Positions 29,028 through 43,911 of a stretch of 64,000 nucleotides of DNA are shown piece after piece (within the stretch, counting starts at the first letter, position 1; each line of letters starts with the position of its first letter). Origin of the DNA: Octopus vulgaris (Eukaryota); NCBI GenBank assembly GCA_951406725.2, contig OX597826.1, positions 5,022,001-5,086,000 on the forward strand, given 5' to 3'. The position numbers and the translations under genes were made by a program. Below the pieces are notes generated by a model, which had not been told where the DNA came from, searched no databases, and was given only the letters and a program-made list of their open reading frames with translations.

Positions 29028-29646
29028 GAGCGTTTATATTTTTCTGTATGTCTGTTTATTTCAGTGTGAACTTTAAAAAAATTATCCCGCTTTTTAAGCT
29101 CCATGTACTTTTCCTATAATCTCGCTACCATAAACGGTAGCCATATTGCAAAACGAATGTTTGCAAGCATTTATATATAGAAGAATATCTCTAAGTATGA
29201 AACATTTCTTCTGCCCCATAGTTGTAGGATTGAAGCTGAAGTTTTCCGTTTTTGGGGAAAATTCCAATGTTTCTGAGAACCCTGTCACAAACGCCCTTTT
29301 ATCATTACCGACACCACCCCCCCCAGAAAAAGAAAAAGAAATGGTTCTGATGGAGATAAAAAAAACTCAGTAATTTTAAGAGGAGATATTATCGACTACA
29401 GTACCTGACAGGTATTCTGTTTTATCGAACCTGAAGGGTGTAGAGATAAAAATCAAACTTGACATCGACATGATTTGAACTCAGAGCGTGAGAGGCAGGC
29501 AAAATATTTTTATCATGCTCTAACGATTCCTCCGATCCACCTCCATTGTGATATTGGTAGTTTCTAATTTAGAAATAAGAGTTGGCATACATGACTGGTA
29601 CTGAATTTATCGACCCCGAAGAAACCAATCAAACAGAAGACACGGG

Positions 29647-30062
29647 GGATCTTTTCGGTTTGAACGGCAGTTTTTAACATAATTTCTAGGTAACTAAAAA
29701 AATTTTAAACTTCGTATACTGGTAGAATGTGTTTATAAAATATATTTTTCTTTTGGTTTTATTGAGAAAATTCTATAGTTTCTATAATATTTGTTGTATT
29801 TTTTCCATTTCTGCAATTTCAACCAATCAGTGACGTCTATTGAGGTAAAAAAACATTGTGTGCCGTATGAATATGTCCCTCGTTTAAGAAACAGATTGGG
29901 TTTATTTACATTTCTGAAGAAAAAAAGATACCCTTCCCCCCACCTCTAACCCTAATCCTAAAACAGATTGAAATGCAATAGATCGATTTTAGGGTCATAA
30001 TTATGGGTGGCAATTTCTTATGACACCGCTAGAAAAAACTGCCGTTCAAACCGAAAAGTTCC
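29647..30062 (+). mobile_element. Merlin-like MITE copy 4
   Basis: Same TIRs; TSD GACACGGG/GACACGGA. Confidence 0.9.
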
Positions 30063-30567
30063 GACACGGATAATTGTAGTTAGAAACTCTCTTAGAATTG
30101 GGCCAGATCGTCACCTTATTTCACGTTGAATTCTTGTTACACTTGAACTCTAAGCATAACACATATTTAGATACACACAATATATTCCTAATTCTTCTCC
30201 TCTACATCAAACCAGAAATAATAAAGATAACAGTATATGTTCCGTCAGCATCGCATACATTCAAAGCAAAGAGAAAATTCTAGAACTTGCAACTCTACAG
30301 AGCGTTAATTCAAACGAATTAATTACACTGTGACCATTGTCGGCGCGGGGAGAATAAAAACGAAAGTAATTATGGCTTTGTTTCAGTTAGATATCCAGTT
30401 TTCCGGGAAATAAAGTAAATTGTCCTCAACTCACTTATCTTTGAGATTGAGTTTTCATTTTTAAAATGTAATTCGATCCCGTAACACCATCAATAGCCAC
30501 CGGCATGTCAAAGTCAATTAGCAGCGGCGTTTTCTCTTTCTCTAACTAAACCCGAAAAATGTATGTA

Positions 30568-30634
<67 letters not shown>

Positions 30635-30649
30635 ATATATATATATATG

Positions 30650-30711
<62 letters not shown>

Positions 30712-31124
30712 TGCATATGTCTGTGTGATGATGCTTTTATTTTTTAAGAATCAAAAATTAGTTGAGAGGTTAGTTGCTACAATCATTTTTAATTTACCGT
30801 CATCGAATTGATTTCGGAATACGAAGAACACACACACATACGCACACACCAAAATATACACTCTGAATGCCTTAGTAATATTTACGATAGTTCAACCTCG
30901 ATCAAATTCAGCTAGTGCTGCCGTTTCACGTTCCATCCTGTTTTTCTTTCATTTCTTTTTTTTACTTCCTTCCTCACCCCACTCCAGTAACTTTGTCTAG
31001 TGCAATGCCTTTAATGTTCTCTCATCTTCAATCACTTAGGTTAGCTTTCATTCTTTTAATCTCTTACTTTCATGTCTCTTTCTCATATATATATATATAA
31101 GGTTTTTGTTTTATATTTATACAT

Positions 31125-31197
<73 letters not shown>

Positions 31198-32294
31198 TTG
31201 TACGTACGGAGAGAGATAGAGAGTGATCACCATGAAACAACAGCATTAAAGAAAAAAAAACAAAATGGTGTGTATCAATTTTAACTACTGAAAAATTGTA
31301 TTTTGAAGTTGATACTGTATCGTACAAAATACTAGTTTATAAATGTGTGGTCTACCCATTTTATCTTTGAATTTTAAATACTTGTTTGTATTTATCGTCT
31401 CCGTCATTCTTTGATGTTATTTTGAAAGGAAAACATAAACACACATTTATCAATGCGTGTGAGTATCTATATATATATATATATAAATACATATGTATAT
31501 ATGCACGCAAATACACACACACTACATACATTCGTAACGGCACGAGCACATTCGGCTGACACATAAAAATATTGTCGACAATGTTTAAGTACATCTTCGC
31601 CATCTTATATCTTAGTGTTAGAAACACTATGATAGGTTGTATATGTAAGCTTTCAACGGTCTTCCAAGCCAAACTATTAATTTTTATTCTTCAACGATAT
31701 CATTCACAGCAGTTAGACCCATAAATATATAATAACCGCTGTAATAAAGAAAACTGTGAATGAAATAGTGACAACAATAGATTTTTGATAAATAATCACC
31801 AGGCCTCATCTAAGTTAAATCAAGCTGGATAGACAAATGTACTCTCTTCACTTTTCTTATAACTTCGAATGATATTCAGAGAAAGAGCCATTGTATGTCA
31901 TTCCATATATTTGAAGTCAAAAGTGAGCAGTTGGACGGATAAAAAGCATTAAACAAACTCTATTGGAAATGACTGATCCAGATTCTCATGTTTGCGGGAA
32001 TAAATATTTAAGGTAATAAATGTTAACAATAAAAACTAATCACAAACTAATTACGATTGTTTCTTGTTGAGGAACAAAGCTATAAACATTAATGGGAGAA
32101 AGTTGTTGATGGAAATCATATTGCCAATTTTTAACTGCTACTCTATGTTTATCGAGTCCGGAATTATTAAAAGCAATGTTAACTCCGGCATTAAATGAAG
32201 TCAAAACGTGTAAAGCCGAAACAAATATCACAAGTCATTCTGCTTAGTGGTCGAATGGTTGTGCCAAATTGCCGTCCATGAAAGTAGTAATCTT

Positions 32295-32641
32295 TTCTAC
32301 ATCAACTCCAGTGTTCAATTAGTACTTATTTTATCGACCCCGAAAGAATGAAAGGTAAAGTCGGCCTCGGGGCATTTTTGAACTCAGAACGTAGCGAAGG
32401 GAGAAATACCTATTTCTTTACTACCCACAAGGGGCTAAACACAGACAGGACAAACAAGGACAGACAAACGGATTAAGTCGATTATATCGACCCCAGTGCA
32501 TAACTGGTACTTATTTAACCGACCCCGAAAGGATGAAAGGCAAAGTCGATCTCGTCGAAATTTGAACTCAAAACGGAGCGACAGGTGAAATACTGCTAAG
32601 AATTTCGTTCGGCGCGCTAACAATTCTTAAAGCTCGCCGCC
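32295..32641 (-). mobile_element. Compound Deu-like SINE
   Basis: Junction gaaatacc|tatttctttactacccacaagggg at 32410. Confidence 0.88.
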
Positions 32642-32924
32642 TCAGTAATAATAATAACGACAACAGCAACAATGATAAATGCCAGTGGCCCTCATGGCTT
32701 CTGATCTTAACTGATTGGATGTGTTATCATTGCACATTGTTTTGTCTTGGTATAAAAGATGGGCTGCAGCAAATATTCTGCTCAATATCACAGATTTGCT
32801 TGTCAGTTGTTTGAGCTTAAACAGTTGAGCATGTCCCTTAGTGGCTGACGATATGTTCATCCCTGATCGCAAGCAGGAGTAGTGGGGGAGCATCGTAGCC
32901 ATGTGTTGAGAGGAATTCTTTGGG

Positions 32925-33121
32925 TGCTAGATTCCCTTGTTCGAAAATATAAAGACACAGATCATGTCGTTATAGCCAGCTGGAGACGATGTCTCCTGGG
33001 GCTAAATGACAGCAACATTCGTCCTAAGATAGGACTGCCATGTTATGTTGGCAAACAATCCTTACTACAAAGTACTATTGCTGAATATCCCAAGTCGTGA
33101 GATTTAAAAATAGTAATTTTC
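32925..33121. mobile_element. 197-bp insertion with 12-bp TSD, probably within an unclassified interspersed repeat (~32680-33415)
   Basis: GAATTCTTTGGG at 32913-32924 and 33122-33133. Confidence 0.6.
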
Positions 33122-33414
33122 GAATTCTTTGGGGTTCGGATAATTCACCTTTGAAAACATGGGTGTTTCGTTCAACAGCCTTAAACATCCCTTATTCAGG
33201 GAACTTTTAAGCAGGATGGGTTTATCAACCTGAAGAAAATTCTAACTGGGCCCACCTGCAAGGTCATGTGCTGTTTATCTTGATACCAGATTACCACATC
33301 GTGTACATATGGTTGTGATGCATGTGCCTGGTGTACCCTTATCAGATGATGGGTATACTAGGCTTCGCATATTTTACCCCAGTGTCAACTTGATGGCATA
33401 CACTGCTCTCTCAC

Positions 33415-33453
<39 letters not shown>

Positions 33454-33462
33454 GTAATAATA

Positions 33463-33526
<64 letters not shown>

Positions 33527-33939
33527 TAACAACAACAACAACAACAATAATAATAATAATAATTTCCACTCAAATGGCTTTGGTCGGCCAGAGGTTATAG
33601 TAAAACACACTTGCCCAAGGTGCCACGTAATTTGACTGAACCCGGAACCATGCGGTTGGTAAGCAAGCTACTTACTATACTCCTGCACCATATATATATA
33701 TATATATATATATATTTAAGCCTGGCTCCACAGATTTTGAATAGGGCTTGAGTGGAATTGTTAAAGCGTCAGACAAAATTCTTCAGAACATTTCCTCCAA
33801 GGTCGTCTTTGCCTGTCATTCTTTTTTCTACTTCTTTTCGTTAGGGGTGGGGGAGATTAAATACGTACCAAGCACTGGAGCCGATGTAATCGATAATCTC
33901 CTTCCCTCAAAATTGTTAGCCTTGTACCAAACACTAAAA

Positions 33940-34005
<66 letters not shown>

Positions 34006-34356
34006 GTTATTATCATTATTATTATTGCATAGCAATTAACAAGTGTAGATAAAACCTTATCAGATAGTGACGTTAACTATTGCTTTTAAGCACTGATTAT
34101 AGGTTATCGATTTTGTTAGCATACTATGATAATGTTTTCAACTTTAAGCCTTATCAATTGATTCCTTATCAAAATTATCTGCTTTCTCTGTAATAAAGAG
34201 TATATTTGGACAACATAGGTATATATAAAACTATACACAAATATATTTGTGTGCGAATGGATAAGTGTGTAAGTATTTAGGACAGAACAGAAAAAAATCG
34301 ATTTAGATAAATAATATTGGATAATAAAATTATATAGATATATATGTAGATATATA

Positions 34357-34660
34357 GGCGCAGGCGTGGCTGTGTGGTAAGAGACTTGCTTCCCAACCAC
34401 ATGGTTCCTGGTTCAGTCCAGCTGCGTGGCAACTTGAGCAAGTGCCCTCTACTATAGATTCATTCCGACGAAAACCTTCTTAGTGGATTTGGTAGACGGA
34501 AACAGAAAGAAGCCCGTTCTCTGTGTGTATGTGTTTGTCCTCCAGTCATCGCTTGGCACCCGATGTTGGTGTGTTTAGTTCCCTGTAAACTTGTCCTGGG
34601 GTCGATTTTTTCGACTAAAGGCGTTAAATGAGTAAATCAATTAAAAGACCAAAAGAATGA
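34357..34660 (+). mobile_element. tRNA/CORE-like SINE
   Basis: GGCGCAGGCGTGGCTGTGTGGTAAG...GGTTCAGTCC...TTGAGCAAGTG...GTGGATTTGGTAGACGGAAAC. Confidence 0.88.
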
Positions 34661-34662
34661 AA

Positions 34663-34710
<48 letters not shown>

Positions 34711-35022
34711 ATTTATTAGATTGAAATTGAAAGAAGCACGTCGTGTGCGTGTTTATGTACCCTAATACCGCTTGACTACCGGTTATGGTTGGTTTTCGTA
34801 CCCGCAAACTACCATTTCGGCAAGGGGCCGATGGAATAAGTACCTGGCTTAAAAAAAAGTAAGCCCCAGCATGGCCACACTATAATGGCTGAAAGATAAA
34901 ATATTAAAGAATATATGTAATATAATATACATAAATGGATATAAATGTATTTATATATATATTTGCATGTTTGCCTCTATATGCGATTATATATATATAT
35001 ACATACATACATACATACACAC

Positions 35023-35102
<80 letters not shown>

Positions 35103-35368
35103 GAAGCATATCAAAGACAGAAGACATAGAGAGTTGAAAGGTAAATGGACTTTCACCTTGGACTGATCATTTCAAGTCTAATGCAGAACATCAGATGAAT
35201 TTGTGGCAGGATACTTAAATAGCACAGATCATCGATATATCGAGATTAGGTGGGAAATGAACTGGCAGTAATTTATTTTAAGATAATGTATTTTGAGATA
35301 GTGTATCAGTTCAAATGTTCTATGTGGTTGTTTATGTGCATATCGATACAACTATTTTGCACATCTAC

Positions 35369-35402
<34 letters not shown>

Positions 35403-35616
35403 AGTGTGCGTGTGTGCATGTATGTGTTTGTTTTCTCGTTCTATTATATGTTTGTCTGTTTGAAAAATATGACTACAATCACAAATATCTGGCTAACAAA
35501 TCTGTTTCGAAACCACATGTTTACGGGTTCAATGACACTTCACCTCACCTAGTTTGCATATATGTAAATATACATATCTAAATGTGTGCATTTGTGTGCG
35601 TGTGTGTGTGTGTATG

Positions 35617-35652
<36 letters not shown>

Positions 35653-35798
35653 CTAAATTATTGGTATGTTGTTCTTGTGTGTAGGCACTGTTAAATAGAC
35701 ACATCGTAATGTATGGGTTCTTCAACTTATACAGTTTTTCATTAAAGTTGAAAGAAACTATCAGATAAAGAAGTCAATCAACAGAAGGCGAGACATAT

Positions 35799-35828
35799 TG
35801 ACATATTTCGCCGTAGTGTCATCATCAG
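35799..35828 (-). ncRNA. Degenerate Penelope-type minimal hammerhead motif
   Basis: CTGATGA-TGAC-acta-CGGC-GAAA-TAT-GTC; stem II is imperfect and no stem I was found. Confidence 0.35.
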
Positions 35829-36582
35829 GCTGAATTCAGCGAAGCATATTGCAAATGCTGTACGTCTCTGCCACTTCGGCGAAGTATGTGTGCTCGCGTG
35901 CACATTCAGCATCACTTTGCTTCTGTATATTATGCTAGCATAGGTTGGGCGGTTTCACAGATTCGGATATCTTTGAAGACTGTGTGATTCAAATGTCTGT
36001 TTTTGGTTTGTTTTCTACGCTTGACGCCGTTCCTAAGTCAAAACTCTTTACAGAATCCCTAATGTACTTCATGTCACTCGCAGTTGTTTGATCGTCAAGC
36101 AGCATGCAAAACAAGAAACCTTGATTCACAGGGGTATAGTTTTGAGTGAGATGGTTTACGTCAGGTGTTGAACTGCAAGATTTTCATTGAATTCTTGGAT
36201 CAGATGTCCTGCTATAAAGGGGATAATGGCTACTCCAATTAGACAACAATATTTGGGTAAATTTTAAGTACGTTTAAGGTATATGAGGGTGAATGTTGGG
36301 GATGGATTTAGAGGAGCAGGAGAGTGGGATACACTCTGATTGCGGGAGTATGAGATGAACGAGAGGTAGTTAATGGTTAAGGAAGTTAGAAGCAAGATCA
36401 ATAGCCAATATCAGTTTAGGGAAGGGTGAAAGAAACAGGGGTGACCCATGGAAGAGGAACTGATATGTAGCTACACATGACAATGTGGGGTGGGGAGTAG
36501 CATTATAATAAATCCGTACAGCCAAGAAATAGGCAGGCGTAAACTATGGAGGAAAGGATGGGTACTCGGTGCTATGCACGAG

Positions 36583-36634
<52 letters not shown>

Positions 36635-36796
36635 AGAGACAGGGTGAGAGAGAGAGAGAGTGAGCGTGAGAGAGACAGACAGAGAGAAGAACAATGGTGG
36701 AGGTTCGATGCCTGATATGAAACGGTGTTCAGATGTGGTGTGAGGTGAATTGAAAATGTACGATGGGTGACATGGAAGGAGACTCGTTGCATGTGC

Positions 36797-36866
<70 letters not shown>

Positions 36867-36945
36867 TAGAGAGAATGACATAACAAAGCCAAGACTGTGA
36901 GGAGTTTTCAGGAAATTTATAAGGAAATAGTCTAGGATAACTTCG

Positions 36946-37025
<80 letters not shown>

Positions 37026-37555
37026 ATATATATATATATATGTGTGTAAAGCTGTAATGTATGTGAAATCATTCAATTGATAGAATTCAACATCTCAAAG
37101 ACAGTTCTAAATGCATTTAATCAGAATTTTGAATATTTATTACACCGAAAAGTTTCGTTGCGACTATGAAGATTCGTCGGTGAACGATTTTCCAAACTGC
37201 AGCATGGGTGAGATACAGAATTTGACGACCGTGCTGGAAGCCAATCACCAGTGTAACTTTGAAGTCACTATCAACCTGTTGCTCGTAAAAATAAATTTAA
37301 TATTCTACTTAAATATATCCTGAAAAATTTATACACCTCTGAGCTATTGACGTTTGAACATTCCCCACATCTTTCCTCGCCTTTCTTTTCACTTTAAAAT
37401 TTGCTTTTTATTTTTCCTTTGGTAAGTCTATCGTCCACATTTCTCTGTATGTGGCTGTGACAGTCCAAATCCAAGCACTATATATATATATATATATAAA
37501 TGTACGAGAGGAGGCCAAATGAAGATACAATATGTTATATATTTATATATGTGTG

Positions 37556-37609
<54 letters not shown>

Positions 37610-37614
37610 GTATA

Positions 37615-37692
<78 letters not shown>

Positions 37693-37762
37693 TATACAAA
37701 TATATATATATATATTATATGTATATATTATATATATATATATATATAAATATATATATATA

Positions 37763-37811
<49 letters not shown>

Positions 37812-38377
37812 GTGTGTGTAGGATTGAATCTATTTATCCACCAATACATGTTAGCAGAGTTGCGTGCGTGCGCGTAGCAGCTGATTTACAGTACATTGTT
37901 GGTTTATAGCTCAATTAATGACAAATAAATATATCTATATAGATATCGCATACATCTCAATTTTCTCTTAACAACAAACGGTTTATGAAGTCGATCTCTC
38001 TGTCTCTGTCTGTTTGTCACTCTATCTCTCTTTCTCTCTCTCTCTCTCACACACACACACATAAATGTATATATCTTATGAATTCTTTGTTTATGGTTTT
38101 TGTTATATTTTTACTAGTTTTCTAATCTTTTCTTCGATTAGTTAAGCAATTTGTTTTATGTGTAAGTGAGTGTGGACTGAATGAAGTAACTTTTACTTTA
38201 AGATAGTTACTCGCATCTCGGATGGAATTTAACAATTTCACTAATTCGTTTTTATCTAGTTTTTATATTCTTCACCGAATAATGCAAACTTTTTTTTACT
38301 TATTTTTTACATAGTAATTTTTTTCTGTTATCTATATATTTTGGTTTTGTCTTCGATTAGATGATTTATATTTATAT

Positions 38378-38440
<63 letters not shown>

Positions 38441-38545
38441 GGAATATATATAACACTGAATTCGCGTACTATATATATATATATAGAAACATATGTCAGT
38501 ATGTATTTATATATATGTGTGTATGTATATCTATATATATGTATA

Positions 38546-38682
<137 letters not shown>

Positions 38683-38685
38683 GTT

Positions 38686-38764
<79 letters not shown>

Positions 38765-39401
38765 AACATATGGCCGGCTTCTTGAAACCAATACAACTCT
38801 TTCGTGTTTCCTGTACGAAATTTCTCGTTTCATTTCTTTTTATTTTGTATTTCTTAATGTATATTTTTTTTTTGGTTTTTTTATATTTGTTCCTTCGTTG
38901 TTGCTATTTCTGTCCTTCTGTTTTCCTCTCTTTCTTTTCGTAGTTCACATTTATTGTTTCATAACAAAAGCAATATCGACAAACAACAACTACAACCCTA
39001 TAAGCAAGCAAACCTTGTAGCCAGAAGATTAATAGTAACGTAGCATTAGCATCACGAATATTTGTGAACAATAAAATACGTTCTTGACTTGTGATATTTT
39101 CGTTGCTAGGTGATAAACCTACTTCATTGACTACTCGATTTCAAAATAACCTATCCAAAATTGTTTGCCATATGCATAATAGATAGACAGATAGATAGAT
39201 AAAGAGATAGATAGACAGATAGATAGACTGATAGATAGATAGATACATAGAGAGGGAGAGAAAGAAAGAGGCAGAGAGACAGGTAAGTGACGTTCATCAT
39301 GTGTGGGTTGATTATCTGTACGTAAATCGTGTATTTGTACGTATTATATATGAATACAAACTCAGATATATATATCCGTCAATGTATGTATATATATATA
39401 C

Positions 39402-39455
<54 letters not shown>

Positions 39456-39464
39456 CAATGTATG

Positions 39465-39527
<63 letters not shown>

Positions 39528-40261
39528 GTATATATATATACATATATGTCTATACATATATATACAATGTATGTCTACGAATATATATTTGTATACATAA
39601 TGGGGTTTTGAGTAATCCGCTCTTCTGAAAAACCAACAACAATATGCAAACAATATTATATCAGCAAGGAGATACAAGTGAATCTGTAAATAATTAATAA
39701 AAAATATATAACTATATGTATCTAATTAATTACTCTCAGTCATATAAGTTCTAGTTTAGATTAGACGCAGATCGAAACCTGAACTTCTTTCTGCTTTCCT
39801 ATTGTGAGAATAATACCATACAAAATACTGCTACGTTGCGCATTAGTTTCAAGTTTTAGACAACAAGCATGAAAAAGAATGAAGAATTGAGTTAATATCG
39901 ATTCTGTGAGCATTGTCTTCTATATAAAGCCATCAAATGGTAATAGATGACCAATAATCCATAAAGATTGACCGCCATTTTCCAAGTCCTTTCTACGCAT
40001 GTTCAACGCGTTCTCAGTTGTTGTTCGCCAAAAAAAAAAAAAAAGAAATAAAAGAAAAAAAGAATGATACTAATAAATAAATAACTAAAGCAGAAATAAA
40101 ATAATATAAAACGAAGCTATGCAATCAGCTACAATATTGAGATTACTGCTTAAGTATCATGCCGCGCTCTTTGAAATAATCAATATTGATGCTATCATAA
40201 AATGCAATGGAAATAATATGTGAATCGTTCCCCAAAAAGCAAATGACGCTACAACGCCGTG

Positions 40262-40319
<58 letters not shown>

Positions 40320-41577
40320 GCATCGTCATTATTAATAATACCATTATTATTACTTTGGTGCTTTAACAAGTTTTTTCTTCTCATGTCGATGTTTATTGCC
40401 TTTCCAAAGGAAAGATTTATGTTCAACACAAATCTACTAATGCAGGTTGCTTAATATCAGTTTGTTTTGAATTAAGGACAAATGTCCAGTGTTTTAAGTG
40501 AAAGACGAATGGAAACGCACGCCGTTCGCGCTTTTATAGTGATGCATTATTAGCGCATGTCTAGTGATATCACTTAAACTAAGGATAGAAACCGCATCAG
40601 TGTTTCATACCAGTGAGAACGGTAAAAGATATTCCACGAATTGAGAACAGGATTCTAAATGTCTCCTATAAGTTTCAAGTGTAATGAAACCTTATAGTAG
40701 GTGCCTTGGATGGATACAGCTTTATAATTACGATCTCAATTATTCAGTATGAAGTATTGTCATAGACATGGGTATAGAAATGTGAGAATGGAAAAAAAAT
40801 CGGTTCTCCTGGCAGGGTGAGAAGTTCCCAGAACTGCTTCAAAAGGAGCAGGGTGAGATTCGCTGAATACACCCAATTTGCCAGTGGTCTGCCATCTTGC
40901 AGACAGCAGACTTATTCCATCCGACGAACAAAGTCTGTGATCTCTCACCTCTCCACAGATTTAGTCCGCCCAACGAACTAAGTCTGCAATCCCAGGAAGG
41001 TCGTAGCAGGATATGAACTCAGAACTCAAAGGCCTGGAAAAAATACTACAAAGTATCTAGTCAAGTTTTCTTATGATTTCTCCATCTCCTACCCTGGGTT
41101 AATACATATTTTTATCAATCCCAAAAGGATGAAAAGCTATTTTGACCTGGATGTGATTTGCAAGTCAGAATGAATTAGGCAAGGAATTCTCCCCAACCTC
41201 TAACGACTGTCACTTCGCCTAGTGCATTGCGTTAGCAACTTTATCACTGACTTTCAGCAGCTTTAGGAAGTATATTCTGCTGTTTCTGTTCCTTTCACTC
41301 CGTTTTCTTTTATCTTTTTTGGCCAGTTTTACATTCAGGCATTTTGTGTCGCATAGAATTTTGGATAGCCTTTCTCTTTTATAAATATATTTTTTAGATA
41401 GTTTTCACCCACTACTACGCTGCAAATGTTTATATGATAAATCTCACTATGTGAATTGGTTTGAAACTCGTTGGTAGGGACAATATACAATGAATAAACA
41501 GTTTATTGTTCGCAGCATTTTATAAAAATTGGCTTTAAAGAATTATCACTCTACGATTTTTGTTATGAAAATTCATC

Positions 41578-41620
<43 letters not shown>

Positions 41621-41825
41621 AAAGAAGGATAGAGTGTGTGTCATTATGATGTTTAATTTCGTCAAGTAACAAAATAAATTTTGGCCTACACTTGTTTCTG
41701 AATTAACCTCTTAAATTATTGTTTGTCCCGGATACTCCAAGCACTTCACAGTTGCAGCCCCATATATTTCGTACGAAAGATTTGATAGCATACACACACA
41801 CACACACACACACACGCGCGCGCGC

Positions 41826-41915
41826 GCGAGGGGGTGTTGAAAAGTTCATGGTTTTAAAGGTATCGCGAAAGGCCTGATTGGAGGTCCAACCTTACGATTT
41901 CTTTTATAGGGATTA
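41826..41915 (+). mobile_element. mariner-like terminal fragment
   Basis: CGAGGGGGTGTTGAAAAGTT resembles mariner TIRs; no partner TIR seen. Confidence 0.5.
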
Positions 41916-41975
<60 letters not shown>

Positions 41976-41980
41976 ATATA

Positions 41981-42291
41981 CATATTATAGGGGAAGACAC
42001 TATGTGGACACCCTTATGCTAGAAATAGATCCGCTATGGTATTACCGCTAAATAATGTTCTCTAGAAAAATTTAGCAAAACAACCAAAACGTAATCGAGC
42101 AAGACAAAAGAAAAAGTAATAAAAATAGGGATTATTCGCATACATGTTTGACTATTAACATATTACGTAATTTTACTTACATAAATATTTTACTTGCATA
42201 AATTTTTCTTGAGAACATTTCTGAGTTGTAAAACCATAGCGGATCTATTTCTAGCATAAGGGTATCCACATAGTGGTTTCCCTCTAATATG
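41981..42291. mobile_element. TA-flanked MITE with ~95-bp imperfect TIRs
   Basis: catattatagggg..cactatgtggacacccttatgctagaaatagatccgctatggt pairs with accatagcggatctatttctagcataagggtatccacatagtg..ccctctaatatg; TA on both sides. Confidence 0.85.
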
Positions 42292-43393
42292 TATATAATA
42301 CAATTTTTCCTGAAACTTCAGCTTTTGTATGTGCTAGACCACTGGTGTGAAATCGATGTTAATTAAATTAATATCTAATTTCTCACCCTCATTTAAAATT
42401 TATATATGTATATATAATACACATTTTAAGCTTGATAATCTAATAATTCTTTCAAACTTTCTCTTGCAGTGTATCAAAGTACCAATGCGTGAAAATTGAA
42501 CTGATTGCTCGGTCATTCTTCAAAATGGTTATAGGTATGTATATCCTGTTGCCTATACACACATCCAGTCGCTGTATCATTATATTTATTCGTGTATGTT
42601 TGTGTGTGTGTGTATGTGTGTGTGTAAGCGGCTGCTTCCCAACTACATTTGTGCACACAGACACCTGCATGTATAATTTTGTTTTTATACAGCATGGTGT
42701 CTGTATGTATTAATGTATTAACCTTTTTACACCTTCTTTATTATACATCACTTTTTTTATCGCGGTATCTGTAAATACATGTTTAGAATATTGACATTTT
42801 TGCTTTTAATATTTAAATAAGTAAAACCAATATAATTCAACAATAACACTCGAATACATCATATCTTTCATGTTAAAGACGATATGGATGTGCAAGTCAA
42901 CTGGTACCGTTAAAAACTTCGCAAATCATGAGGAAAGCCTTATTTATTTTTCCTTAATTTAAGCTATCGTTTCAAATCTCTAATTTTATTTTTCCGAATG
43001 TTCTACATTATTTCATTATAGAAATTTACCCAGTGGCAGTATATATTGAAGACAGAAAATTATTATAATTAGATGAACGATTCCTTTGGTGAATAACGCA
43101 ACTACTTTCTTCTGACAATATTATCAGAGCAAATTTGTAATAAAATGTTGTCGAAACGAATTAACGGTTGCGTTTCAAAGGCAATCACACTTTAATGAAA
43201 ATTTAGTATTAAATTAAAACCAGTAATGTTTGCAAATGTCTCACTGGTAGAAACTTAGATATCACTTTAATACAGAACACTGTAATCAAGTATCCTACTG
43301 TTACTTTATCAATCAACGATGAACAGCAAGTCGACATGGGATCATCTACGCAGTTCTTCTGCATGCTGGATATAGCAGTTAAATTTACTTCTT

Positions 43394-43628
43394 TTTTGCT
43401 CTCTTTATTGCCCACAAGGTGCTAAACATAGAGGGGACAAAGAAGGACAGACAAAGGGATTAAGTCGATTACATCGAATCCAGTGCGTAACTGGTACTTA
43501 ATTTATCCACCCAAGGGATAAAAGGCAAAGTCGACCTCGGCGGAATTTGAACTCAGAACGTAACGGACGACGAAAAACGGCTACGCATTTCGCCCGGCGT
43601 GCTAACGTTTCTGCCAGCTCGCTGCCTT
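43394..43628 (-). mobile_element. Young full-length monomeric Deu-like SINE
   Basis: Complete head, core and tail; approximate TSD aaattt(a/c)cttctt at 43381 and ~43635. Confidence 0.9.
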
Positions 43629-43911
43629 ACATTAAAATTTCCTTCTTATCAAACCTCACCGTTTTAAGAAAAGAAATAGGTTATTTCTATTGAGGCCGAG
43701 TCGGGGTGGAAGCGTAGCAAGGGTGGTGAATGAAGGAAAGCTCTACCCCATGCGATGCTGTATAGGAGCAGTACTTTTAGGTATAATGTATAAGCCTGTA
43801 TAGGCTGAGGTTGAGAGGCGGCAAACTCAAAGGCTGCCCCGGATGTCACATTCTCTTGGTAAACAACAACAGCAACAAATACGATAATACTATAAGTGTC
43901 TGTGGAATTGT

